From Saccostrea echinata (taxonomy: Eukaryota), in the NCBI RefSeq assembly GCF_033153115.1, contig NW_026889783.1:2976001-3040000 (forward strand): a stretch of 64,000 nucleotides of DNA. The letters run 5' to 3'. Of the stretch, positions 1-13,419 are shown in pieces. A model generated the notes under the pieces. The model worked only from the letters and a program-made list of their open reading frames with translations. It had not been told where the DNA came from and ran no database searches. Numbering within the stretch: position 1 is the first letter of the stretch; each line of letters starts with the position of its first letter. The position numbers and the translations under genes were made by a program.

Positions 1-329
1 GCTTCTTCTTCATTAGTAGTATTTTTACTTACGTATTCCTATTAAAAACTTTGATTCCTATTATGAGCCCATCCTAACCCCAGGGGTGTTGATTTGAATA
101 GATTTGAGTAATCAGGGTTTTGCTGTCTTCAAGGATTAAAAAAAAAATCCCAGTACAATTTTATCATGTATGTTATATTTACTTCACCTTTTGTGACTGT
201 GGTCTACCTTGGGGACCATGATTTGAACAATATTGAATTTACACTATCTGATGATGCTTTCATATTAAAATGACTGATCATGACTGTGCTGTTCTTGAGA
301 AGAATTTTCCATTTTATCCCCATGAACTA

Positions 330-1246
330 AATGTGTTGTAACACCAATAATGCCCCCGCAGGCCTAAATTCTTAATGTCATATTTACTTTTAAATTTGCT
401 TGCACAGAGGATTTTTTTCTAAGTTAAAGAGGGTTAACTCTGTCAAAAGTCATCAAATCATGACTAAATTCAAACTTGACCTGTATTTCCTTGTAAAATA
501 CCTGCATATGCAATTCCAAATTCATACATCCCTGCAAAAGAAGGGAAGCGGAAACTAAAAATTTCTTATTTTTTTCTAAGTTCAAGAGGGATGACTCCGT
601 TAAAAATCATTGGACCAGGGCGAAATTCAAACTTGACTTGTAATTTCTGGTAAAATACCTGCACATGTACATACATCCATACAAAAGTAAGAGAGCATAA
701 ACTGAAAATTTCTTCTTTTTTTTTAAAGTTCAAGTGGATAACGCTATCAAAAAATCATTGGACCACAACCAAATTCAAACTTGACCAGTATTTTCTAAGT
801 AAATACCTGCATATGCAATTTCAACCTTATACTTACTTCCTTACAAAAGTAAGAGGGTGGAGACTGAAAATTTCTTATTTTTTCTAAGTTCAAGAGGGAT
901 AACTCTGTCAAAACTCATTGAACCATGATAAATTCTATTTGACTTGTAATTTCTGGTTAAATACCTGCACATGCAACTTCAACCTTATACATACATCCCT
1001 ACAAAAGTAAGAGAGCGGAAACTGAAAATTTAAATTTTTTTCTAAGTTCAACAGGGATAAGTCTGTCAAAAATCATCGTACCATGACCAAATTTGATCTT
1101 GACCTGCAAATTCCTATGATGTATCAAATTTAAGTTGAATGTGTGCAACTGTTGAAAAGACACTGAAGAGAAAGTCAATGATGATGGAATTACTGAACAG
1201 GGTAACGCTATATGTCCCCAGCCATTTTATAGCGGGGACATAAAAA
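330..1246 (-). mobile_element. Non-autonomous Helitron/Helentron-type element with ~155-bp internal tandem repeats, nested in a degraded Cg170-type element
   Basis: About five repeats of aagttcaagagggataactctgtcaaaa (419-1100). Short subterminal IR atgcccccgc / gcggggacat. T-run end. Confidence 0.6.
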
Positions 1247-1658
1247 TACTGATTGGCCTAACTGTCGGGGACATGATTTGGACAAATTTAAATGTACACT
1301 ATATCAGGAGGCTTTCAAGTAAATTTAATTTCTGGGTCCAGTGGTTATTAGATGATTTTTAACTGTGCCCAACTAGTTTTTAGTATTTCTTAATTATTGC
1401 CCCTTTCCTTGGAATAGGATGTTGCCTTTCAATTGAACAAACTTGAACTCCCTTGTGCCCAATGATGTTTTTTGTCAAATTTGGTTGAAATTGGGCCTCT
1501 TTGAAAAATGAATGTTTCCAATGACAAGACTTTGACAGACAATGACCAAAAAAGTATATTTCTTTTATCATGTTCATGTCAGAGATGACTCTCCCAGTTG
1601 GTTCCACCACCTTATGTATTAAGTTATTAGCTACTTCAATTTGTTTTTTTTTTCTCAG

Positions 1659-4600
1659 GACAATCCATCTGAAAACCCGTATGTTTGGCTAACAGATCCA
1701 CTCTTAAAGGGGCCAAAGGCTGATCTAACCAGAGAAATTCAACTCCCACCATCTTCTGCATCACTTGGAATCTTCCTAGACCTGGCAGTGGATAAGTTAG
1801 GTGTAAATGTGGGTGCAGCCATACTTTCCTGGTCAGCTATGTATGCTCTGCAACTGTACAGGAAGTGGATGTCTGATGTGCGGCATGTAAATTTGCCAGT
1901 TCTATATGGACCTCCCACAGCTGGCAAGACAACAATAGCTCAGTGCGGGGCATGGCTGAATGGCTGTTCAGATAAACATATTGCTTCAAGGTACTGATAG
2001 AAACCATTGTGTTAGCCAAATTATTATTATTAGGAAATGTAAAACAGTCTCAAAATTTATTATTTACCATGCAAATTGCATTACCTGAGTTCTGAATCAA
2101 TAAATGGCGTACCTAGATGTTTGCTTCAGAAATATGATAACATTCAATTCACCTGTTTTCATCTACTTGTTCATTTTAAGGATAAATAACCTTTTAACAA
2201 AAATCAGCAGTATATAACAAATAAACTTCAAGTTCAAATTATTATGGACTGGAATATTTTTTTCCAAAGTAAGTTTGAAAATTATTTGTGATTTTTAAAT
2301 TAATTATGTCTTTAATTTTGAGCTATATCTTGAAGAAATTAAAATAGAAACTGGAACCAAGTCACATATTTAAGGACCCCCCCCCCCCAAAAAAAAATGT
2401 GTTGAAAATCAGTCAAAAATATATATCAATTAATCCAAGTTGTTTTCTTCTAATTTTAATTTATTTATTTTTGGTAATTAAATTGATATTAAATTGACTA
2501 ATTTATTCATTTAGGTGCACTTTGGCATTTGTTACCCAGTGGATAACCACATGCAGTGTACCCTTTGTGTGGGACGATCCGACAACATCAGAAGAAGTTG
2601 CACAACTTGCAGTTGATCTTGGCAATGGTGCGGTAAGTGAAATGCTTTGCATGTGGTTTTTCTGTTCATTTTGATCACTAAATGAATTTATGCCATTCTC
2701 AAAAGTAGTCGCATAGTTGAAAATGGTGAGGCAGGGGATGGGGTCTCAGCTTTGTTAAAGTACATGGAAAGCCAAAAACAATAGGGGAAAATTTATCTGA
2801 CAAGAAAAAAAATTACTAAAATATTATGATACAAATATACATGTATCCTTCCTGACATATATGATCAATAAGGTGAGGGTGGAGGACAAGAAAATTTTAA
2901 CCTTCCACCCAACAATTGAAATAGGGGTCAATCGCCCCCTTCTCACAGACTTAGATAACTTTATATATGTGCCAGTGCCTAAACTTCATTTCATTTTGTT
3001 TTAGGTTAGAGGAAAAGCAACAGAAGATCCTAAAACCCCACTGACAGGATGCCTGGTCACTGCAAATTTTGATCTAAGTTGTCTTTTGAAGTAAGTACCT
3101 TAAATGAATTTTTATAGTACATTCTTTTAAGAACTATGAAGATAATTTAAGAATTGAATTTAAATTGGAAATTGAAATAATAATGTATTTGTTAGTGAAC
3201 TGTTTATTGGCTTTCATTGTGTGTTTCACCTCTTCACAAGTGCTCTTAATGTATTAACGTTCAACAATCTTTGGTCTAAAAATACAATAAGATGGATGAC
3301 TGGTCCTTGTATGAGTAAATTTACCTATAAATTTTTAGATTCTACAAATCTCTATTCCTCACAATGTTGACCTTGATCAGAGCAAATTTTATCTTGTCAT
3401 ATTTAAGGTTTATATAGTTTTTTTTTAACTATATTACAGGTATTTCAGTAGACTTTTTGTGATGAAAGTGGAAAAGCTACCACGAAGAAAGCAGACCGGG
3501 GAGGCAAAGGCTCTGGAAGATGCTGCTTCTGAAGCTTCAAGTGCCTTACCCATGGTACTGAATGCACTAAACAAAATCAACATGACCGAGATTCAGGAAG
3601 CTGTGCAAGCTGTCGATTTTGATGCCGACATACGTATTCTGGAAGGAATAGCAGTTCCGGTTGTGTGTGCAGAAAAGGTAACAATTCATCACATAGGAAC
3701 ATTTTATTCCATACAAGTCACTCAGCATATTGAAACTAGGGGTATGAAAAGCACACTTAAAAGTAATTTATTTAAAAAGAAATTGTTCCCTTATGTGAAA
3801 CAAAGTAACTTATCTACCTAATATCATAGGGTGCTTCAGTACTTCATTGTTTTACATTTTTTGTAACTTCACTGCAGGAGTAGAGATATCCTGTTAGAAA
3901 TATAAACAATGCAAATGATAATTTTTGGCAAATGACAATGTTTAAAACCAGACAAATTAAGTGCCCTGGGAATTCTATGATTTTTCCTAAAATTAATATA
4001 CACAATTTATTTCTGTAGCGGGTAGACAACAAAGCTATCAATTATTGAATTTTCTCAAAGATCATATTACAGAGGCAGACACAAAGATGATTAGCAAGAT
4101 TATTTCATTCAACATAATTTAATTTTGTTGGGTGTCCCAACAATGCATCCCTTTTCGCAATTGAACCAGTGAAAGCACCATCTTAAAAAATTCTGAAAGA
4201 ATGTACAAACATGTTTAGAAAGTTATAAAAATACATGAAACATTAATCTATAAGAAATATAATAGGATTTTTTTTTTTTGGAACGCTAATAAAACAAAAT
4301 TTCTGAAGTTTCTGTTTTAGGGAGCATTCATTTTTTTAAGGCAGCTTAATTAATTTTCGAGTACCTATTAAGGATGTGCGATTTTATCGGTATACCAGTA
4401 TATCGTGATTTTTAATTGTGTAATATGTATCATGATACGGAGATTAAAAGACCGGTACATGGGTATACAATTATATACGAAAATTATCAATTTATTTGTT
4501 CAAACTTTCAAATTACGATTACAGGAAGTGTTTAAAATGTTGAAAACGGTAAAAGAAAGGCATCTTAGCATCCAAACATGCTTTATATTATATAAATAAA

Positions 4601-7600
4601 AAAAAATGAAGTTAGGTTTTTCCAGCATATATATAGGAAAATTATGGATATTCATTTAAAATCATTGTAAAATTTGCATGTAAAAATATCATGTTATTAT
4701 CATGATATTCTGGGGAAAAAATCATGATATTTCGTGATACAAAATTTTTCAATACCCATCCCTAGTACCTATATACTCATTGACTCCCCAAGTTTTAATA
4801 GACTGTTGGTCTCTTTTCTCATTTATCAAACTATATATTACATGTATAAATAAGCACAATTATTCTACCATAGTATAAAAGCATAGAAAGACTGATATCT
4901 AATTATGTCAAATTTTTTTTTTTATAAATTGTAACACAACATTTCAGATACTCAGAGTAGCCCAGAGGGAGGAGTATATGGAGAATGTACATGCTTATGT
5001 GAAAGAGACACTCATTCCCTACTACAAAAACTCCCTCGAAGAATGCAGCAAAACACCAGAAACAGTACCCCCCTTGCCTCGGGACATCAGCATAACAGAA
5101 ATTGCAGACACAATTATTGCCAGTGCACACCAGGTAAGAAATCCTGTAAACTTTCAATAGGACATTTCACGTTCCACATCTTATGTCCAAATTGTTTCAG
5201 TGTTTCTCTTGACCTTTTTACTGTTTTACTGTATTTACAACCAAATAAAATACACTCATTTTGTAGGAAACAAGCAGGAATCAAAATACATTTGAAAAGT
5301 AATTTTCTAGATTAAATTTAAAGCCATGCATGAGAATAATTACTAAAATACGACACACATAAAATATTTTTATCAAGTTCTCTCACACACTGATGACAAT
5401 ACTTAAGAGTACTTAATTATTGCATCCCTAATATGGGATCATTGGCTGTCACCACCACAGAAAGATCTCTTGGATTAGAAATATGTATTGTATATTTTTC
5501 CTTCAGATTGATGACGTCTGCCTGGTGAAAGGCTCTGTAATTGCTGTCAGATCAAAGGTCATCCCTCCCCAGATGCTGAAAAAGTTTTCATCTGTGGGAC
5601 GCACAAATCAGACTGCACGGTTTCAGGGGAAGACAAAGAAATGCGTTACAATTCAGAAAGAACAGTTTGAATCTGAGGACTGGTCTCGGATTGTCAGAGC
5701 AGTCAATGGACTTGGTAATTATTGAAATTATACATATATTGATACCAAAAGTATCTCTTGCTATATTAATAATTCCATTTAAAAAAAATTGAAATAAAAA
5801 AAGATTAATTCTTTACATATTACATATAACTCACTTGTGCTTTCAGATTATACTGATAATATTTTATCCAGTGTCTGTCTGCAAGTCTGTCTATAACCTT
5901 TAAGAAATTTCAACTTTTTCTTTAGAACCATTTGGTCGAATAAACACACAGATTAATGTTTGTTTAAACAAAGGGAGATATTTTAGAAAAAGTGAAATAT
6001 TGGTGATGTCATTTAAAAATCTTCTCAATTAGCATCAGGCAAGAGTTTTGTGGGTTTATAACAGAAGAAGCAATTACACGTACATGGAAAGAAATTGCAT
6101 TAAAAATCTTCTGAAGAACAACTTAAATTAGCAATGATACACGATCGTTATTCAAACAACAAATAAATAATGCAGATTCGAATTTGTTCTAATCATAAAC
6201 CCAGCTGTAGGGGCCCAAAAAATACCTCAGGATGTTTGAATCCTAGTTAAATTATAAACTTGATAAATGAAAAGTGTTATGAAATTAAGGTTTAAATATA
6301 ATAGTAAGTGAGGAATGTATACTTGAAAAAAAAATGGTATAATATGGGCATGAACTGACATTTGTTTATGTATTTTCACAGATGAAGTGGAGGAAAGTTG
6401 TCCAAGTTCGCCTGGGACAGACAGTAGTGGTTCAAGTAGATCAGCATCCCCTGTTTCCCTGCCCGAGTCATCCATATCCTTGGAGCCCAGCCAGCAGAGG
6501 TCCTCACATGAACTCCATGCCAAGTCCGATGAGACAACGAAAAGCAAAGAAAGAGTGCGACCATCAGTATCCCCTGTTTCCCTGGCCGAGTCGTCCATAT
6601 CCTCGGAGCCCAGCCAACAGAGGTCCTCACATGAACCCCATGCCAAGTCCGATGAGACAACGAAAAGCAAGGAAAGAGTGCGACCATCAGCATCCCCTGT
6701 TTCCCTGGCCGAGTCGTCCATATCCTCGGAGCCCAGCCAACAGAGCTCCACACCTGAACTCCATGCCAAGTCCGATGAGACAACGAAAAGCAAAGAAAGA
6801 GTGCGACCATCAGCATCCCCTGTTTCCCTGGCCGAGTCGTCCATATCCTCGGAGCCCAGCCAGCAGAGCTCCACACCTGAACTCCATGCCAAGTCCGATA
6901 AGACAACGAAAAGCAAAGAAAGAGTGCGACCATCAGCATCCCCTGTTTCCCTGGCCGAGTCGTCCATATCCTCAGAGCCCAGCCAGCAGAGCTCCACACC
7001 TGAACTCCATGCCAAGTCCGATGAGACAACGAAAAGCAAGGAAAGAGTGCGACCATCAGCATCCCCTGTTTCCCTGGCCGAGCCGTCCATATCCTCGGAG
7101 CCCAGCCAGCAGAGCTCCACACCTGAACTCCATGCCAAGTCCGATGAGACAACGAAAAGCAAAGAAAGAGTGCGACCATCAGCATCCCCTGTTTCCCTGC
7201 CTGAGCCGTCCATATCCTCAGAGCCCAGCCAGCAGAGATCCACACCTGAACTCCATGCCAAGTCCAATGAGACAACGAAAAGCAAAGAAAGAGTGCGACC
7301 ATCAGCATCCCCTGTTTCCCTGCCTGAGCCGTCCATATCCTCGGAGCCCAGCCAGCAGAGCTCCACACCTGAACTCCATGCCAAGTCCGATGAGACAACG
7401 AAAAGCAAAGAAAGAGTACGACCATCAGCATCCCCTGTTTCCCTGCCTGAGCCGTCCATATCCTCGGAGCCCAGCCAGCAGAGATTCACACCTGAACTCC
7501 ATGCCAAGTCCGATGAGACAACGAAAAGCAAAGAAAGAGTGCGACCATCAGCATCCCCTGTTTCCATGGCCGAGTCGTCCATATCCTTGGAGCCCAGCCA

Positions 7601-8213
7601 GCAGAGGTCCTCACATGAACCCCATGCCAAGTCTGATGAGACAATGAAAAGCAAAGAAAGAGTACGACCATCAGCATCCCCTGTTTCCCTGGAGGAGGAG
7701 TCCATATCCTCAGAACCCAGCCAAGAGATTTCCTCAACAGTACCCAATTACAAAACAATGGCACCAACCTCCAAGGGCCTTAGAGGAAGGATTCACAGCA
7801 TACCCACAACCCCTGCTCCTTTTCCACGTCCAAAAAGAGCAGAAAGCAAGGTATTCTTCCATTTAAACATTAATGAAACATTATGCAAACTATCTTAAAG
7901 AATGATTTAGAACTAAAGAATTGAAATTTTCTTTTATATTTCTGCATAGTGTTTATTTTTGCTAGATAGGAGTGACTTGTCTGTTTTCTCTCACACATAT
8001 TCATGAAATTTGAATTTAGTAATTTATATTTCCATATTTTGATTACAGATAACATGTGGAACGTGTAAAAAGGTCGGAAGAGGAGGAATGAACTGGGTGT
8101 GCTGTGATGGGTGTGATGCCTGGCACCACCAGAAATGCACAATGCCGTTACACAAATTCAGGGCCCTTGGAGATAAGGAGTGGTTTTGTCCCCCTTGCAG
8201 GAACAGCTCTTGA
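1659..8213 (+). CDS. 5'-incomplete multi-exon gene: P-loop AAA+ ATPase/helicase (DUF927/Cch- or SF3-like) + 41-aa repeats + PHD finger
   Basis: Phase-compatible AG/GT exons 1659-1990, 2515-2632, 3005-3090, 3440-3677, 4948-5133, 5507-5714, 6382-7850, 8049-8213 (TGA). Motifs: Walker A LYGPPTAGKTT, Walker B PFVWDDP, DLGNGAVRGK, sensor CLVTANF, putative Arg finger FSRLF. The last exon CGTC...WVCCDGCDAWHHQKC...WFCPPC is a C4HC3 PHD finger. AATAAA at ~8266. Confidence 0.8.
4369..4764. mobile_element. hAT-type MITE in intron
   Basis: Ends TAAGGATG...CATCCCTA; exact 8-bp TSD GTACCTAT at 4361-4368 and 4765-4772. Confidence 0.85.
6441..7725 (+). repeat. Coding tandem repeat, 123-bp unit (41 aa PSASPVSLAESSISSEPSQQSSTPELHAKSDETTKSKERVR), ~10.5 copies
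   Basis: Unit starts at 6441, 6564, etc.; near-identical copies inside exon 6382-7850. Confidence 0.95.
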
Positions 8214-9732
8214 TGGACTGTTGTGTGTTACAATGTACTATGTTTTAATAATTTATTATTTATACAATAAAATTGTTTTTAATCAGATTTAGAAGTTGCT
8301 AGTATTGTATTAGGAAAACAATGATCTTCAAAGTATGGACAGAAATTCATTAATTATAGATAAAAATTTGGAACAAAACCATTCAAAAAGAATTTAAATT
8401 TGGTTTACAATATGATTCAGCATTGCTGGTATATTAAATAATCACCATACGCTAAAAATTATGATGTAATAATGCAATTCATTCATTTTGGTTTTCATGA
8501 AATGGAAAAGAAACCCTCAAAATATAGTTGTAACCCGTGTAACCACAGAGAAGAAGACCCCCTGCTAGACTTCTTTTGCTTTGTAACCATTGTCACCAAA
8601 GAAATATACTTGTAACCCATGTAACCACAGAAAACTGTAAAAATTAGTGATATATCAACCTGATAAAAGACCATTGATGTTTATTACTGAATGCAAAACA
8701 TTGTAATTAGTTGCTTAAATACACAGTTGCCATCTTCTAATGCTGCTTTGGTCATTAAAAGATACAGTTATAATGTAGGTCACACTCTAGTTAAAAATAG
8801 ATCACACTACAGGGTGTTGCTAAAATATACCTGACTCTAATTTGTTTATTATTTTAGAGGGTACTTTTTTCATCTGTACATACCGGTATTCTATTTAAAA
8901 ACAAATTACCAACATAGAATTTGTAACATAAAACCTAGCTATGTTTTACTTCACTTACTGGTTGATATGTTACGAATTTGACATTCTCCACTATTGTTAT
9001 GCATAAGTAAAACAAGATGTTTCTTGTTATATGAGTCATTAAAATGATGATTCGATGGATGATTGAATGAATGAGATGTATTGACATTTATTCTTGCTTA
9101 CCTGTTATTATTTATTAGAGTTATTTGAAATCAATGATGTGCTAGGTGCAAATTGTTCACCAGGTACCGAATTTCCTCCACGTTTTGAGGAATACGGAAC
9201 GTAAATAAACCATTCACTGGTCTACAAATGCTTTTATATAGTACTAAATATTCTTACCTTTGATAATTGGGGTAATTAATAAATCCATTCACTGATAATT
9301 AGAGTAAAAACCTTACAATTACACTCTGCTTTTTCATACTAAGCGGCAAAAGATGTAAAGTACATTCGGAACACCTCGGATGCGTATAATAGTTAAATGT
9401 ATCCGAAGCTTTCCGGCTATTTGAAGTTATGGCGCCAAATCTCATGCAATATACGTCATAATGGGTGTGAAGGCTTTATATATGAGCTCCCCGGGCTCTG
9501 ACAGTCAGACGTCTGCTGTCTCACTCACTGTGCGGTCGCCAAATCTGTCAGATAACGATGACCTTACAAGAACAAGGCTCAGAAGAGTTTAGATGGGTAA
9601 TTATCCGTTCAACATTCAGATTAAGGAGCCCCACAATGTTACGCCGCTAAACATAAAGCTGTAAGTCGTAACAGATATATCAATACTAAATCAAAAATAA
9701 AATTTTATCCAATGTTTTAATGATGCTGTTAA

Positions 9733-10217
9733 GGTCAAGATCTAGTAAATGACTTTAGACTAACTTTTTGGTGCTAGATCCATTATGACGTCATAATCAA
9801 TTTTAACTTTCTTTTTCCCGTACTTTACAGCTCTAATAGAATTATGTAGAAAATAAAGTATTTTCATGGAATTCATTTTGAAATCATGTGAAAAGTAACC
9901 CCGATACCTATGTTCAATTTAATATTATTTTAAAGAAGATGCCAAGAACATACAAATTATCGTTTTCTAAGAGACTGTAAGCAATGTGGATACATTTCCT
10001 TCGTTTGATATGGAAAAAACTCCCGTATTCATGTCCGGTTTTCTTAATTTTTCATTGAAAATGACAGTTCAAAATATGATTTTTTGTCTTGTTCATCTAC
10101 AAATTATGCCCCGAAACATCTTATTTGACCAAGCTAAAGTTATAAAGCATCATTAAAGGAATTTATTTCTCAAAATTGAGAAATCTGTAGGCACCTTTCA
10201 TTTACTAGATCTTGACC
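9733..10217. mobile_element. Kolobok-like non-autonomous element, copy 1
   Basis: 20-bp perfect TIR GGTCAAGATCTAGTAAATGA; TTAA on both sides. Confidence 0.8.
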
Positions 10218-10511
10218 TTAACTCTTAAATAATTTACTAGGAAATGAGTTGATTTCATTTTGAATACTAAATTTCACTTCATTTGAATAAAAACTTTATC
10301 ATATTTTTCTTAAAACTAAACAACAACTTTATAAAATAAAATTTGTAAAGTAATAAACTAGGAGAAGGTATTTTTTCCTGAATTTTGGGGGTTGGATGGT
10401 CTTTTGCGATTTGAAAAAATGTCGATAAAAAATCTCCAGCTTTGAGACCCAAACTCCAGCAGAAAAATTTCAAATCTCCAGTTGTGATTTTTCAGTTCAG
10501 TCACATATATG

Positions 10512-11851
10512 AAAACAAGACCCCCTGCTAGCATTCCTTTGCTTTGTAACCATTGTCACCAAAGAAATATAGTTGTATCCGTGTAACCGCAGAAAATATG
10601 ACCCCCTGCTAGCCTTCCTTTGCTTTGTAACCATTGTCACCAAAGAAATATAGTTGTAACCTGTGTAACCACTGAAAATAAGACCCCCTGCTAGCCTTCT
10701 TTTGCTTTGTAACCATTGTCACCAAAGAAATATAGTTGTAACCCGTGTAACCACAGAAAAGAAGACCCCCTGCTGGCCTTCTTTTGCTTTGTAACCATTA
10801 GTACCAAAGAAATATAGTTGTAACCCGTGTAACCACTGAAAATAAGACCCCCTGCTGGCCTTCTTTTGCTTTGTAACCATTGTCACCAAAGAAATATAGT
10901 TGTAACCCGTGTAACCACTGAAAATAAGACCCCCTGCTGGCCTTCTTTTGCTTTGTAACCATTGTCACCAAAGAAATATAGTTGTAACCCGTGTAACCAC
11001 TGAAAATAAGACCCCCTGCTGGACTTCTTTTGCTTTGTAACCATTGTCACCAAAGAAATATAGTTGTAACCCGTGTAACCACTGAAAATAAGACCCCCTG
11101 CTGGACTTCTTTTGCTTTGTAACCATTGTCACCAAAGAAATATAGTTGTAACCCGTGTAACCACAGAAAACAAGACCCCCTGCTAGCATTCCTTTGCTTT
11201 GTAACCATTGTCACCAAAGAAATATAGTTGTATCCGTGTAACCGCAGAAAATATGACCCCCTGCTAGCCTTCCTTTGCTTTGTAACCATTGTCACCAAAG
11301 AAATATAGTTGTAACCCGTGTAACCACTGAAAATAAGACCCCCTGCTGGACTTCTTTTGCTTTGTAACCATTGTCACCAAAGAAATATAGTTGTAACCCG
11401 TGTAACCACTGAAAATAAGACCCCCTGCTGGACTTCTTTTGCTTTGTAACCATTGTCACCAAAGAAATATAGTTGTAACCCGTGTAACCACAGAAAACAA
11501 GACCCCCTGCTAGCATTCCTTTGCTTTGTAACCATTGTCACCAAAGAAATATAGTTGTATCCGTGTAACCGCAGAAAATATGACCCCCTGCTAGCCTTCC
11601 TTTGCTTTGTAACCATTGTCACCAAAGAAATATAGTTGTAACCCGTGTAACCACTGAAAATAAGACCCCCTGCTGGACTTCTTTTGCTTTGTAACCATTG
11701 TCACCAAAGAAATATAGTTGTAACCCGTGTAACCACTGAAAATAAGACCCCCTGCTGGACTTCTTTTGCTTTGTAACCATTGTCACCAAAGAAATGTCAC
11801 CAAAGAAATATAGTTGTAACCCATGTAACCACAGAAAAGAAGACCCCCTGA
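10512..11851. repeat. 82-bp satellite array, ~16 units, with a 327-bp higher-order repeat
   Basis: Unit aagaccccctgctagccttcttttgctttgtaaccattgtcaccaaagaaatatagttgtaacccgtgtaaccactgaaaat. Identical spurious ORFs are offset by 327 bp (10965/11292, 11047/11374). Orphan ~1.4 units at 8518-8633. Confidence 0.95.
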
Positions 11852-12290
11852 TGGGTTATAAATTAACTGCATCTCATTTTAGGATTTATGTTACCTTCGT
11901 AACTGGATTAATAGTCCTGTAACAGGGTTACAAATGAACATACTTGAAAGTCAGGGCTAATTTCTTGCCATATCTACGTAAGTTTTCAAACATGTTCAAA
12001 CTTGCACATTACACGATTGTATACTAGCTCTTCTGTAACATTTCGGCAGATATTCTTTTTAATTCCTGGTAGCACTAAGTACAATAATCCACATGTGAAT
12101 TCTGAATACAATGCACATTTACATGCACTAAAAGTATATTTCAATACAGTTTACCATCTTTTAACTCATGTGTTGAAGCCATTTCCGAGCAGTTGCTGGA
12201 ACACATAGTATGATGACGTAATGCATTATTAGGTAGCTAGAACACAAAATATTTCGAGAACATTTTCTCTTTTTCTCTACAATCTGTTAA

Positions 12291-12774
12291 GGTCAAGATC
12301 TAGTAAATGAGTTTAGTCTGTCTTTTGGTGCTAGATCCATTATGAAGTCATAATTGATTTAATTTTATTTTTTCCCGTATTTTATGGCTATAACAGAATT
12401 AAGTAGAAAATGACACATTTTCATGGAATTCAATTTGAAATCATTTCAAAAGGAACCCCGATACCTATATTCAAATTAATATCATTTTAAAGAAGAGGTC
12501 AAGAAGATATGAAAAACCGTTTACTGAGAGACTATAGGCAATATTGATACATTTTGTTTGTCTGAGATGGAGAAAACTCCCATTTTTATTCCTGATTTTC
12601 TTCATTTTTCATTGAAAAGGGCAGTTTAAAATGTGTTTTTTCGTTCCGTTTATCTAAATATTATGCCCCGATACACCTCAATTTATTTAGCTACAATTGT
12701 AATATATTATTAAAGGAATTTGTTTTTCAAATTTGAGAAATCTGTAGGCACTCTTCATTTACTAGATCTTGACC
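12291..12774. mobile_element. Kolobok-like non-autonomous element, copy 2 (same orientation, diverged)
   Basis: Same TIR and TTAA flanks; interior alignable with copy 1. Confidence 0.8.
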
Positions 12775-13419
12775 TTAAATTGTAAGTTGCAATACCTAAA
12801 AAACATATCAAGAAAAGTAAGGTTTTTTTGTTAGTATAAATGCTTTGTCTTGGTCATTTGCATGGTTACTATATATACCTTTATAAGTATTCTCAAACAC
12901 TTCGAAAAATAAATTTCAAATCCACGGCAATCGTCATTCGTGATCGTGTGGTCCAAAATGAGAGATTGATTTGCAAATCAACACACAACGACTTGCATCG
13001 TAGTTCAGACAGTCCAAACAACGACAGAAAAAGTGATCTCTATAATGCAGCTATTAAAACTTTACCAGTCTGGAAAAAAATAATAGGCATTATCGAGGCA
13101 TTTTTCTTCAGATAGTTATTTTAAAAGCTAACCTGGAACATTCAAAGTCATTTAAAGTGCGCCAAAACTAGTTTTCGATGTCACAAACATTTTTTTTAAT
13201 GTCAAAACCCCGCATCTTTGTTTTGGGGGTTAAATTTGATGTTAAAGTATGATCAATTTGTAAATATAGAAAAAACGATGTATTGACCCCGTTTACTATA
13301 CAAAATTAAAGGATTTCTAAGTCTAATTTGATCAAAACAAGATGTCACAAACATTGTGGTTGTGTTCCGATATGAAAAAATAATTTAGAATTACCAATAA
13401 AGAAGGCAAAATATTGTAT

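Noticed and set aside
6227-7767. Long antisense and alternate-frame ORFs (506, 351, 421, 93 aa)
   Set aside because: By-products of a stop-free 123-bp repeat; only the 6387 frame splices in phase with the flanking exons.
10512-11851. CRISPR-like array, and ORFs 10965-11625
   Set aside because: Head-to-tail repeats with no unique spacers, no cas genes, eukaryotic context; the ORFs are repeat artefacts.
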